From positions 3,925,454 through 3,989,453 of the forward strand of contig NW_002060946.1 in the NCBI RefSeq assembly GCF_000150275.1: DNA of 64,000 nt, read 5' to 3'. This DNA comes from Trichoplax adhaerens. Lineage: Eukaryota > Animalia > Placozoa. Position numbers and translations under genes: made by a program. The notes under the pieces were generated by a model. It was not told the DNA's origin. It saw nothing but the letters and a program-made list of their open reading frames with translations, and searched no databases. Below, piece by piece: positions 1 to 12,410 of the stretch. Each line of letters starts with the position of its first letter. The first letter of the stretch is position 1.

Positions 1-63
1 AATGGAAAGGAAAAGAAGTAGCTGCATAGCTACGTTTAGTTTATTTTCGTATTCTTCAACCAT
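1..63 (-). CDS. Possible 5' end of a divergent gene running off the left edge (MVEEYENKLNVAMQLLLFLSI...)
   Basis: ATG at 63-61 in strong context (aagATGg). Frame is open to the window edge and ends in a hydrophobic stretch. Head-to-head with PYURF. Only 21 codons are visible. Confidence 0.3.
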   Translation of the reverse strand, partial: MVEEYENKLNVAMQLLLFLSI

Positions 64-342
64 CTTCCACTAAACAACAACATCATGAGCAGTTGGCTGC
101 AAGCCATTGACGGTAGTAATCTATACTATGCATTGGTCTATAAGTTCCAATGGAGTATGATACACAGTGCACTGAGTGCAGTAGATTGCAATGGAGCTAT
201 AAAAGTTTACTGTATTCGACTTTATGCATAGCATAAGAGTGAAATCAAGAAAGAAAGAAAGCAATTTTTGCACGAGTTAGTAATTTATTTCTCTCCAATC
301 CAGGGTACTGCAGTAGAATCAAGTTGATCCGCTCCCCGTGTC

Positions 343-418
343 ACAGTACAATCCACAGTGTACTGTACAGTACAGTACGGTACAGTACAGCTTCTTCTAG
401 CAGTACTGTACAGTACAA
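343..418. repeat. (TACAG)/(TACTG) self-complementary pentamer cluster ('GTAC island') upstream of PYURF
   Basis: cagtgtactgtacagtacagtacggtacagtacag...cagtactgtacagtaca. Confidence 0.85.
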
Positions 419-520
419 CAACATCGCTTGGATACTATCTGATGATTTTCTACAAGCGGCTAACAACCAACATTTTGCAGATTCCATTCTCTAATATCAA
501 CTACCATTAAACCGATTATC

Positions 521-1208
521 ATGTAAGTGCTCTTTCCTATCAATACTGGACAGTATATTCTACTTGCTGATGCAAAACAACAAGAATTCAATTATATGTA
601 ACACATACAGTATACACAAGATGAAAAATTGATTGCTGACGCTAAAGTCCAAGTCATTCCTGTCCATTTTTTGCAGGTCGATCAGGTATCGAGGTCCTCG
701 GGCTTTAGTCGCCTTCCTACGTCCATTTCATCACAGTTATGGGCTCAATAGTAACATGCCTAGGAATACATCAACAAAACAAACTGTTAATAAAGAAGAT
801 TTCATTCGATATTTAGCATGTCCCTTAAGCAAGGATAAATTAAGGTAATACATGCTGTAAAATGTTGCTGCAGTCAATACGAGAGATCTCGATCTCCTTT
901 CGCTTGTGTTATTTAATACAACATCATTGCTGTATTTTAAGATGAATACGGCAAGGACCTGTAATGCTATTTCGATATATGTATTTTCTTACCGGATATG
1001 AGCTTAAATGTAGGGACATTATACCTCCTGTATTTAATTAATGCTATCATTGATATATTTTCTACTATTTAGGTTAAATGATGATAAAACAGAGTTAATC
1101 TCTGATAAATTAAACGTTGCTTATCCTATTGTGGACGGAATACCAGATTTAATACCTCATCATGGTAGAATAAGGAGTAATAATGAAAATGAATCACGGT
1201 CCACCTAA
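521..1208 (+). CDS. PYURF: PreY/PYURF, Trm112-like mitochondrial protein; coding parts 521-522, 677-844, 1073-1208
   Basis: Spliced product ...FIRYLACPLSKDKLR|LNDDKTELISDKLNVAYPIVDGIPDLIPHHGR matches the PreY/Trm112 motif (LVCPLSK..LR...ELI...L..AYPI.DGIP..IP). Arg-rich N-terminus resembles a transit peptide. Introns are GT-AG. Confidence 0.88.
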
Positions 1209-1339
1209 ATCAAGCCAACAGCAGCCGGTGAAACTAATCACTAGCTATTCAAATAACCGCTATTCATTCTATCTACATCTTGTTCGTCTATTGTATGTCT
1301 ATACATTATAAGCTTTAGGCATATTGCTTCGTAAAAAAC

Positions 1340-1655
1340 TGTTGTCACTACGCGAGAGTATATCTTACTGTATTATACGACTATTGTTGATTTTGCATGC
1401 AGACTATGATACCTTCTATAATAATTCAATTGCAACAAAATTACATTATGAATTATATCTCTAGACGTATTATATGTAAATTGACGTAAGCTCAGTGTAC
1501 TGTACATTAGTTAATTATTACAAAGTTATAGTCACGCAGACTATATCTTACTGTACTGTATTATTGACTTTACTCAGATTAGGATACACTCATTGATAAT
1601 ATAACCTGATTGCAGCCAAATGCATTACAAATTTAATCTCACGCCTAGATGTAAG
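1340..1655. repeat. Degenerate local tandem duplication, period about 185 bp
   Basis: tatatcttactgta...gattgca.caaa.t.catta..aatt...ctaga.gta occurs twice, near 1359 and 1543. Confidence 0.55.
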
Positions 1656-2515
1656 TCTTTCATACAATCATATAAATGTCTAATTACGATAGGTAACATA
1701 ATTACTAGGTGCTACGACTACACATTTTAGAAAAGTTTTTAAACTTACTAAGTAATATAGATGATCGATCACATGTTAACCGCTATTTATTCACGGTGAT
1801 AATTGACTATCAAAGCCTGATGAGTCATGCAACCCTGTCAATTTTTAAACTTTTAACTTTGGATTACGTAAAAGCCACTTCAACTTTCAACATGCAACGC
1901 AGCGGCTTGTAGGATTCATACAGTTTACAATTGAATGTATGCAGTATCTTAAAAATTTATATTACAACAATGCTATCAAATATAATCTGATGCCTTTCTT
2001 TTAATGAATAGTTGTATTCTTATTTTCAAATAATAATATATAAATAAACAAACTATAAGAGACCCTGTTTGTGTTCGGTATTCGATGATATTCGCTTAAC
2101 AGTTACCCTACTATAGATTGCGTACATATATTTTACCTTACAATCGAAAGCTTAATTCGGCGAATGTAATATGAAACTATTGCACCACTGTGGAGTACTA
2201 AAGTGTGCAGTAAAATTATAATATCTTCTTACTTGATTGCATAGACAATATTAAGGAATTCCCCTTTATTAGTAAAACAGAGATCAAATCATCCAATTCC
2301 TAAGCTTAATATCGAATCAGTTTAGCTTTATTGACATTTTTAGCTACGCGTATAGTGCACATTTTCAAAGTAGAATCGAGAACTATAAACAAGATTCGAA
2401 ATTTTTACAAAATATCCTGTCGAAGAATACACAGTAAAGTTACTACATACATGTTTCTTAGGCAGAATTTCATTCAAGATAGCTCGCTAACTATAAATTG
2501 AAATAAGTTCTAAAA

Positions 2516-5500
2516 TTAATCCAATAAGAACTCTTCAATTTCTTCTTTCAATCTTTTCCTAATAGCCAAAAAGATAACTTTTTATAATCGTACATATTTA
2601 CATGTCTATCGTATTTGCTATTTATTAATATAGTGCAAGAATGTAACCTCAAAAATGACTCTTGCGAAAACTAATTGGTAATTATATCATAACACTATCA
2701 ACAATTTTACCTCCTCAATTGCTTTTCAATAGCATCTATCAGAAACTGGGGTAAATCATCCATTTCCCAATTCTATTTTACAAAGGTATTGAGTTTTTAA
2801 TTACTTTTTAATTTCTAAAAGTGTAAAAATTGCAAATCAGGAATAAAGGGAAACTTACATTGCTATGGAATATTAACCTACAACCTAAATAGAAACGTAG
2901 AAATTGTGATTAGATGTAATCAATAAACCGTGTAATTTTGTCTCACATCATGACGTATACAATATCAAAATTTCTCATTCATCAAGTTAATCATTGTAAA
3001 CCTCATACCATAACACAGTCTATCTTCGATTTCTTTAGCAGTTAAGCTGTTGAAAACAAAATTAACAATTGATACAGATTACTAAAACCCTTAAATACTG
3101 ATCTATGCATTTGCATGTATTTACATACTTTATCCTTGCAATTCTATTGCAGGAACCATCACCTTCACCGCAGCAAGAATCTAAAGATAATAATTCATTA
3201 GAGATACTGCAGAAAAATTACTAAATAACTGAAAAACGCTTTTAATTATAAGGAAGCAAATTACCAGCAGTATTCTGACATATTTTAGATGTAGTTTTAG
3301 ATGTTGTTTTACCTTCCAAGCTATTGTTGGTATCTATGCGAGACTGAATACAAACGTTAACACAACTAATTATCATGATATAATAACAACAAAATCGGAT
3401 GATTGTCTAATCACACAAGTGTTCTTACGTCGCATAAAGGACAAATTGCATCAGCATCAATCTTGGAAGTATCCCCTACTGATAATTTATCTCCAGTTCT
3501 ACATATCGAAATAATAATTGCTCCTGCTTCAGTAAAGAATGATGTATTCATAAATTTTTATATTTTACTGACCTACAAATGGTATTTACTGTTGAAGGAA
3601 AGCTGGCCTATACCAAGATGTAATTATAAGAATGAATTATGCAAATGCTATGACGATATCCTAATATTAACAATGGCCAATTTTTAAGCAATAAAAATAC
3701 ACCTGCAAGTCTGTAACAAAATTTTCAGTTAAACGTTCGATGCTACTTTTAACCGGCTTCTGTTGCAATATACAAAAAATTGATATTTTTACCAGCCATC
3801 AATTAAAGTAGCTATCTATTGGACAGAGTAAATGACTTGAGAATAGTTTATAGTTAAGACTGTAAGATTGTTCAATTTTATTATTGCTTTCGTATTTCCC
3901 ATGCTTGTTCTTACCATAGTTGTTAAGGATAACCTAGTTCTGTAATCTATACTTTTCAGCGTCAAATAATTTGCAACTTCTTTCGTCAGAAATTCCCTGT
4001 TGTTAATAACATATAATGAAAGTAATTGATTTCTCTTAGGCCAGTAATTTGTCTAGTGTAGTTTACATTCAGTTGTGCATTAACCTCATAGGTCTAACGA
4101 GAGTGACTGCTTGATTTCTCTCATCAGCAAAGGTCTTAAAGGAATGAATACGAGAAAAATACGTATACAGTATCATTAATGAGTATTAAAAAAGCTATAA
4201 TAACGTTGAAATTAGACATATGAGAAACTCGGCTAGTTACCACGTCATGTGCAACCGATGAGCCCCGGCCTTGAGCAATATCACTTAAAATTTTGACTGC
4301 TAGCCTAGTTCCACAATCAGCAAACATAACCTATTCGTTTAATGTTTGGATTAAATATTAAAATTAATCTTGCTTTATTTTAATTAACGTTTTATAGATA
4401 ATATCCTCTTAGTAAAAACTGCAATAATTACCTTTGTATAACCGTTCGCTTCAGCAATTTGTTGGATTAATTTTTTTCTAAGTATTTCGAAATGATTTAC
4501 AGTAAAACTTTTATAAGACTGGAAAAACAATGCCATTGACTATTACAATCTATACGTTACCTTAAAATATGTAACATGTCCTCTTTAGCTGTAGAGTTGG
4601 GTAACTTTTCGAAAACTTGCACGATTTTTAGTTCATCATTTTTAAATCTTTTAATTAAAGTATCTAGGTCAAAATTAGAACTTGAAGTAGCGTCGCTACG
4701 AGTAGTGTTGCTCAAGTCCGACGATAAGAGATTACTTTGGATATTGGTATCTTGATTGGTTGGAAATATCTGACATGTTATATCCAAGAAAGAGTTAGAT
4801 AATAGAATGTACAGCCAGATAAGGCCACCATTTCGCTAATTTTTATACTCATTCAGTAGTTTTAAACCCAATAGTGAACATAAATATGTGCGAGTTTGTA
4901 CATTTACCTTTCCTAAACTCTCGCAAAATAACGGAAAACCTGTCTTCGATACGGTTGTGCGAATAAATTCTAAGTAATTACGCCGTTCATTTTCCGATAG
5001 CTGTAGGATTGCACCATCTATTAATAATTAATCCATGTACAGTATATCAGTGCAATACTTGATAGAAACCATTACATTACGCAGACTCTTTACAACTCAT
5101 TATCATTTTGACTATACCATCTATAAATACAACTCCAGGTAGAAATCGCAGCTTTTTATGAATATTTTCAGACAGGCCCTATCAAAATAATTACCAGAAA
5201 ATAACTACATAGCTTGCAGAGCTTAACTATTATCATTAGCAGTTTCCGCAACAACCATAATCATAGAATAACGTAGAAGATTAATTTTTATAGGGTTGCC
5301 TAGGCTATATCAGTTGGTAAAGTTAACTGTGTTTATTAACCTCATGGACTAAATATAGCATAGCTGAAGATCGTGGGCCACCAGAGAATGCCAATAAAAC
5401 CTACAAGAATGCAAGTATTGTCAAAATGGATGATTATCATGCTATCAGTGACACATATTGCATATAGACTGTAAATATAGTATTCACTTTACACGTAAGA

Positions 5501-7124
5501 CAACGGAATATTTGATAAATGAACAATATTGGATCATTTTATACGATATATAAAAGCATTACAATATGAGATACTATATACAAGAAATATGTATTCTAAT
5601 CCATAGCCCAGTAGTTATCCAAATAAATATGCAATAGAGATTATCACCAACATAGACTATGAATATATACTGTATTATTGCACATTGATAACTACAATAC
5701 TTATCTCGACAAAGGTACCTTTTCATTTGATCTGATCAATTTAGACTTTCCAATAGTTGCTCGAAATTTGTGAGTAAAATAAGCAATGAAACAAGATCTA
5801 ATGAGAATAAAGAAAGCATGATTTGATCAGAATGAAGTAGTTACTTCATTCATACTTTACAAATGTTAAGTGTGGATAATATAAAGTTTCGGATCAAATT
5901 ATATTAAAAGTTGATTATGATTATATGCAACTATATAAGTGATCACATGCATTATTCCAAGTTTCGATCTGTTATATCTACATACGCGTGCATACCCAAT
6001 TCAATTTTAACATTCATGAGATATTGACAGGATATCACATGATATGTAATACCCTCATAGATGCCTGAATGTGCTTGATTCTATATTTTAGCGCTTTATT
6101 ATTCTCTACCAACCTGCAATAACAGTTATCCGCTCTGAGAACTATTTGAGCTACTTCCTTACATTTGATACAAGTCCGACTTGTAAGTGGCAAGAATTAG
6201 GATTTCCATGTGTTGTAAACGGTTTTATAAATGAAATTACAAAGAACATTGGTCAACTATTCAGGTCTTCTATGGCATTAACAGTGATATGCTATCTTAA
6301 ACTTTATGAAATTTCGCAAGGAATAAATCAATTGTTGGAGGTTAGCCTTATATCAGGCCTATTCTGTTCCAGATTGAAACAGTCAGCATTTATCTTTATG
6401 TAATACAGTGGTAATGACTATATTTGCTGATTATTTTCATGTACTACTTTACGAAATTGAATATTTACATTTACAAGTAGTAATCTCTTTATAACACTAT
6501 TTGTTAATGACTTGCAATCTTTGACATTGGGACTACTACTGCAAGTGCATGCACCTATGTACTATCTTTAAAATGGAATCTATTCATGCTAGTATATTAT
6601 TTCATCGCAAATGTTACGACCATACAACACTGCTTCTATAATAAATTATCGATTGCAAATAGTCCTACATCCAGTAGCTGCAGAATTGAATCTATTCATG
6701 CTCGTATACTATTTAACAACAAATTATACTACTAAAATACTGTATACCATCGACTACAATAAAATGCTCCTATACGAGATCGCATGTCCAACTTTATATC
6801 TGCCAATAGATCATGATACATTTAAAGAGTATATCGAGACTATTGATGCAAAGGCAAACCTCATCGAGCATGTACAGTATCGAATCGAATTTGTATATAG
6901 ACGCTAGTCTACACTTGAGCAACAAACACCCTTAAACACTTACATAAGATATAATTGCAGTCTATTTCAGTGCAAAATCACCATAATTTAGTGTCTTAAT
7001 TAATTAATGTTTATCCATGGCTTGGATTTTAAATTGAATATTGCTGCATTTAATTAAGCAAATCTTACCTCGCATTCTTTGCCTTACTGGGAGGTAGAAG
7101 ATCTTGATCTTCTACGTTGCACAT
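2516..7124 (-). CDS. CTU2: Cytoplasmic tRNA 2-thiolation protein 2 (multi-exon)
   Basis: Exons read MCNVEDQDLL (7069-7124), TCIKCKEVAQIVLRADNCYC (6114-6179), CFIAYFTHKFRATIGK, VLLAFSGGPRSSAML, KKLRFLPGVVFID, FADCGTRLAVKILSDIAQGRG, FADERNQAVTLVRPMR, LCYGCRL and LKEEIEEFLLD-stop. All are collinear with animal CTU2. Confidence 0.93.
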
Positions 7125-7989
7125 TTTTCAACCCTAATTTTAGCTGTAATCACTATAGCTGCTCAAGGATAATACCAATAAAGTCCAATCCACGCAGTTT
7201 ATGCTGGAAATAACGATTAGAAACGAAGTAGAAAGGATAGATTGAGCAATTTTGGGCCTGGATTGCAAAGGGTTGTCGAATGATTACGCCTATAATAATA
7301 AATGATATATATTAATCTTAAGTCTTCGACACGTTTCTCTATACTATGTATCAAACATGCAACCTGTTTTGATACTAATACCTATAAACATGTGGCCGTA
7401 AGCGATGCCACCTTACACTCCCTTGGAGGATCAGGGTCTTCCAACCAGCAGTCCGTCCGTATAGTATTCTGAATACTACCGAATATTATTGTAGTATACT
7501 ACTGTTCGGTAACATACCTTATACGCTATACTATCTTTTATAGCCTTGCAAATGGATAAACGGAAATCAGCTCTACCTAATCGATATGGCAGCTCTTTAA
7601 ACTTAGAAATTGATTCCAAATAGGAGCTTATTTGCTATAGATTAACATAGACAAGCCGAATTAAAGCTATTGCAATTATTTATACCGTACATTGCTCATA
7701 TATCTGCATGCGTTGATATCCTGTAAATCTTATAAAGTGCATGTATATTATGGCGAAAGTATCCTGATTTTCTTGCCTACGTAGAGTAAAGAATATAGCG
7801 TGGCAATTTCGCAATATCGAATAACGTAGAGCTGGGAAGAGAGTTTGCACTGTCCAAATTGAGCTCAGTAAGTTGTTCTACCGTACTAATACTGTTCACT
7901 TCGTTAGTCTATAAGACTAGTAATATGACATTGGACGGAGGAACATTATATACGCTTAAGCAACAAATTGTATATGGACCTTTCAGACC

Positions 7990-8760
7990 AGAAGTTGTAG
8001 TTTCATAGCAAGCTAGATAATCTACTCATACTACGAGTATTCATTTCCAATCTATATAAGCAAGAAGAAATAGTTACCATTGATTCGTATCTGATATGCT
8101 ATATATAATACATTCCTTAATTATAGCTGAGAACAAAGCTTGCATTTTCAAATTGAGCTCATTGAAGTACTATATTGTAGACTAGAAGCTGCACTCTCAT
8201 ATCAAGCTAAATAATCTACTTGTACTACAAGAATTTATTTTCAATCTATATAAGCAAGAGGAAATAGTTACCATTGATTTATATCTGATATGCTATATAT
8301 AACACATTCCTCAACTATAGCTGAGAACAAAGCTTGTATTCTCAAATTGAGCTCATTGGAATACTATATTGTAGACTAGAAACTGTACTCTTATAGCAAG
8401 CTAGATAATCTACTTGTACTACAAGCATTTATTTTCAATCTATATAAGCAAGAAATAGTTACCATTGATTCATATCTGATATGCTATATATATATCTCGT
8501 AACACACTCTTTATAGCTTACATTCTCGAATTGAGCTAATTGAAGTACTATATTGTAGACTAGAAGTTGCATTCGCATAGCAAACTAGATAATCTACTCG
8601 TACTACGAGCATTTATTTTCAATCTATATAAGCAAGAAGAAATAGCTACCATTGATTCATATCAAATAAGCTATATATATCGTAACACACTCCTTGCAGC
8701 TAAGAACAGAGCTTGCATTCTCAAATTGAGCTCATTGAAATATTACATTATAGTAGAAGC
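7990..8760. repeat. Tandem array of four ~194 bp units (starts 7990, 8184, 8378, 8562)
   Basis: Shared blocks gataatctact..tactac, ttcaatctatataagcaagaagaaatagttaccattgatt and caaattgagctcattgaagtactatattgtagact. Periods are 194, 194, 184 and ~193 bp. Confidence 0.95.
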
Positions 8761-8864
8761 ATTTATTTCAACAGTATGTAAATGGGTCGGGTCATTCTCA
8801 AAATGGAGCTCTTAATCACTATATCATACTAGAAGTTTTCATTTCATAAGTCTATATGAACAGG

Positions 8865-9545
8865 AGCGGATATTTGCTTTTTAATTCTGGATATACGCAT
8901 ATATTAATACCGATGAGTACGATATATAAAAATAGTCGCTATACACATATTATAGAACAGAACTTATACATATAGTCTTCATTTTTATATTAAGCTAAAT
9001 AAAGTACGATATTATTTTAGAAACATTAACGTCACTAATCTAGGTGTGTAAACTGAGAAAGATATTTTTTAATTCACTTGCATCGGATATATGCACACAT
9101 ACATAATAACTAGAATAAAATGGAACTTAATAAACTACTATGCAGGATGTTTGTTATTCAATTCTGGATATGTATATATTACCGATGAGTGCGGTATATA
9201 CTATGCAAGAGAACCTGCATTCTTATATTAAACTGAGTAAACGACGATATTTAGACCTGTATTTTCAAAATTAAACTGAATAAACTATTATGTCAGATAT
9301 TTGCTATTCAATTCTGGATATATTTATTACCAATGAATATGGTATATCTCATAGAATAGAACCTGTATTCTTCTATTAAGCTCGGTAAACTAAGATATTA
9401 GAAATATTGACGTTGCTAATCTAGGTGTGTAAACAGAGGAAAGATATTTTAATTCACTTGCATTAGATATACGAACACATATATCATAGCTAGAACAAAA
9501 CAGTGTGTTCAAAATTGAGCTTAATAAACTACTATGCCGTACTAT
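8865..9545. repeat. Second, more diverged repeat array adjoining the 194-bp array
   Basis: gatatttg.t.tt.aattctggatat occurs three times (8869, 9146, 9296). ctaatctaggtgtgtaaac.gag.aagatatttt.aattcacttgcat occurs twice (9036, 9416). Confidence 0.8.
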
Positions 9546-11754
9546 CTTGCACTGTAGATAATATGTATTTCGACCAGTCACTAGTATTACTTATATTATT
9601 ACATTGATCTTCATGGTAGACCTCCGCCTATATCCTCGGATTAATGAATTCTAGCAGCGTAGTAAAAATATTACTCTCATCAGACTAATCTTAGTTAGGC
9701 AATCGCACAAAAATCTTTATAATCTCAAAATAAACTCCAAACAAATTAGGTACAAACTATAGATATTTACTCTCAAATTTATCTTAATAATACTTCGTAT
9801 CATAGTTTTAAATCTAGATTTCTTATTACAATTGAAGTTATTCGTTTCCACCTATTCGTTTCTACCACTAACCTAAAGTTGCATCACATTCCATGTACCT
9901 ACGTGACTATATAAATGTACACTAGTGCTTTTAAATCTGATACAATATATAACGGTACTGATAGCTCTGAATGCATTTATTCGTAGAGCAATAACAGTTC
10001 ACTTGGTAGAGAGCTGAGAAGTTTTATATTAATCTTTTCATAGTACATAGTACTTTCTTCTAGACAAGAATGATATTGGGTATTATAATTTGCAAATGGA
10101 CTCAAGTTCTAGTTGAAGATATTGCAGAGAAATATATTTTCTGGGAAAAGGTGTCAGATTACTGCACTCGATAAGTGATGAGCATATTGATATCATAAGA
10201 TCTACTATCATTATGAATAACTGAATGCAACACATTGATTTGAAAGGTACAACCATATGGTTTGATTAATTTCAAATGTATACAATGTATAAATCATATT
10301 GATGCCATACGGTAGCCAGACAACTTGTTAAAGTCCTGTCATGCAACACACTTGCATTATCATCAATAAAGCCAATTAGATCCAGTTTCGATCATTATGA
10401 TAGTGTATAATGATAATATAGTCCGAGTTATCGGTATAATTTCATAAAATCGATATAACCTATTCCGTTGCTATTTAATGGATCATTTCTCACTTCATAA
10501 TTAATCACAATTAATACTAACCTTATCAAACAGGTAATAATAATAATTAGATTACAGAAATGGAAAGCATTTAACTCAGCGTCTTGTTAAACGTTATAAT
10601 TCATAAAATTTATCAAATTTCTAGATGTGATGATATCTCTACAGTGAATATTGTACACCTTTAGTTGCACATAGAAGAGGTTGTTAGCTGTAGCTGTTAT
10701 GCCTATAATAGCATACAATCTCAGTCTTAACAGAGAAGCATCTTAATTAACTAAATCCTTTACCTATCTGAGAGATTTTGCCGTTCATTTCTTTTAGCTT
10801 ATTGAAATTTAACAACTTAGATAGTTAATTTTCGAATGTATCTTTTACTTTTATTACGTTAATTGTCGCCGGGAGCGATATAGAAATTTATTTATCTATC
10901 ATAGAGATTATCCTTTTCATTTACCATCATCTCTAAAGCAATTTCATTTATTTATGATAGCAGTAGCAATATTTTAAAACTAAATGTGCGGAAGAGCTAA
11001 TTCTCTGCACTTGTAATCTTACTATTAATAAGATTTCTAAATTAGTTCATTGCAACAGCCTACACTCTACCTCAATCGATTACAAACTTCTGCATAATTA
11101 GTAGTTTAGCATGTTAGTTTTAGGCTCTAGATTTTGCTTTACCTTAATAGCTTTATTTCATAGCCTCATAATTCTGAATTAGAGGGCCAAGTAGTATCTC
11201 AGTATCGTATTAAGAGTATTAATGTTATATTCCAAGCACGTATTTTAAATTTTTTATGCCTGTATACCTAGATGATTTCTATTCCTCACATGTATGGTAG
11301 TTCTTAGCTGTAAGCAAGGTCTAAACACTTCTATGCCCGTATTGCTCTTTGCTTCAAGTTTACAAATAAATTAGATTACTGAATTCGCCCACAAGAGAAG
11401 AGAAGCTACTGTGTATAAATCATATAGCCAAGATAGAATCTTTAAATCGAGAAGTCCTTCTATACTGTATACGGATGATTTTTGATGCCTATTTGACTAT
11501 TACTATTGCAATATAGCTCATAATAAGTATCCAGAGGCTTAGTTTCATAGACGATAACTATATCTTTATTATATCCCTTGTGTCTGATTGCTATAATTGA
11601 ATTTACAAACAACAAGGTGTTACAAAATTTATAACACAAATATTTATCACACAACAAGTTATTCCTTTTTCTTTTAGCCGACTTCAATCAGCATCCAAGT
11701 CAATAAATAACGAAAACGCAAATAACTAAAATTCTAATTGTGTTTGAGTTCTTT

Positions 11755-11900
11755 CCTTCGCTTTTTCCGATCAAATTTCTACTTTTCATCACAAAAGCTA
11801 GGATTTGATCTTGTGACTTAAATTGTAATTGCTTGGAGCCCTCCGCTTCGCCTTCTGTGATAAAATTTCTATTTTTCATCATGAAACGTAGGATTTGATC
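11755..11900. repeat. 90-bp-period direct duplication
   Basis: cttcgc.tt...gat.aaatttcta.ttttcatca..aa...taggatttgatc ends at 11810 and again at 11900. Confidence 0.8.
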
Positions 11901-12410
11901 GAAATGTAATATCCTGGACCTAAATGACTCTTTCATGATTCCTCTAGCTAATAAGAGATAGCCCCACACCTAGGTCGATTTTGATCGCGTAATCTTTCAC
12001 CATGCTTAAAATGATTTCAATCTTTCCTAATATATAACATTTTAGTCATAATTGATCAATGTATATTACGAACTTCTACCAGCTACATCTTGAACATCCA
12101 AAAATAACCGTATTTCTCGATTACTAACCAAATAGGGCCTAATCTAATAAGATCATTGTATTTTGAAACATGTCAAATGATTGTTTATACTTGTTGATAT
12201 AGCACCCAAAATATGGAATATGTTTTAAGCGTTATTCGGTTAATATCCTATCAAATGGCATACTTTCACATGTACATCCGATACAAGTATTTACAGCACA
12301 GAATTGTTATTTGCAATCATGAATTAATCCATATTTAGTAGAAGTAGCTTAGCATCGATAGAGTATATATGATGATCGCTAGACTGAATTTGCACTCTTT
12401 GGAATTATAG

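Noticed and set aside
1189-1311. Possible PIGY ORF downstream of PYURF (bicistronic in vertebrates)
   Set aside because: The overlapping 40-aa ORF (MNHGPPKSS...) shows no resemblance to the two-transmembrane PIGY sequence.
3125-3345. Cys-rich low-complexity insert in CTU2 (DSCCGEGDGSC)
   Set aside because: It falls in the variable C-terminal region, where other animal CTU2 proteins are recalled to have similar Cys/Gly-rich inserts. Not evidently novel.
7990-9545. CRISPR-like array
   Set aside because: Units are homologous along their whole length with no unique spacers. There are no cas genes and the context is eukaryotic.
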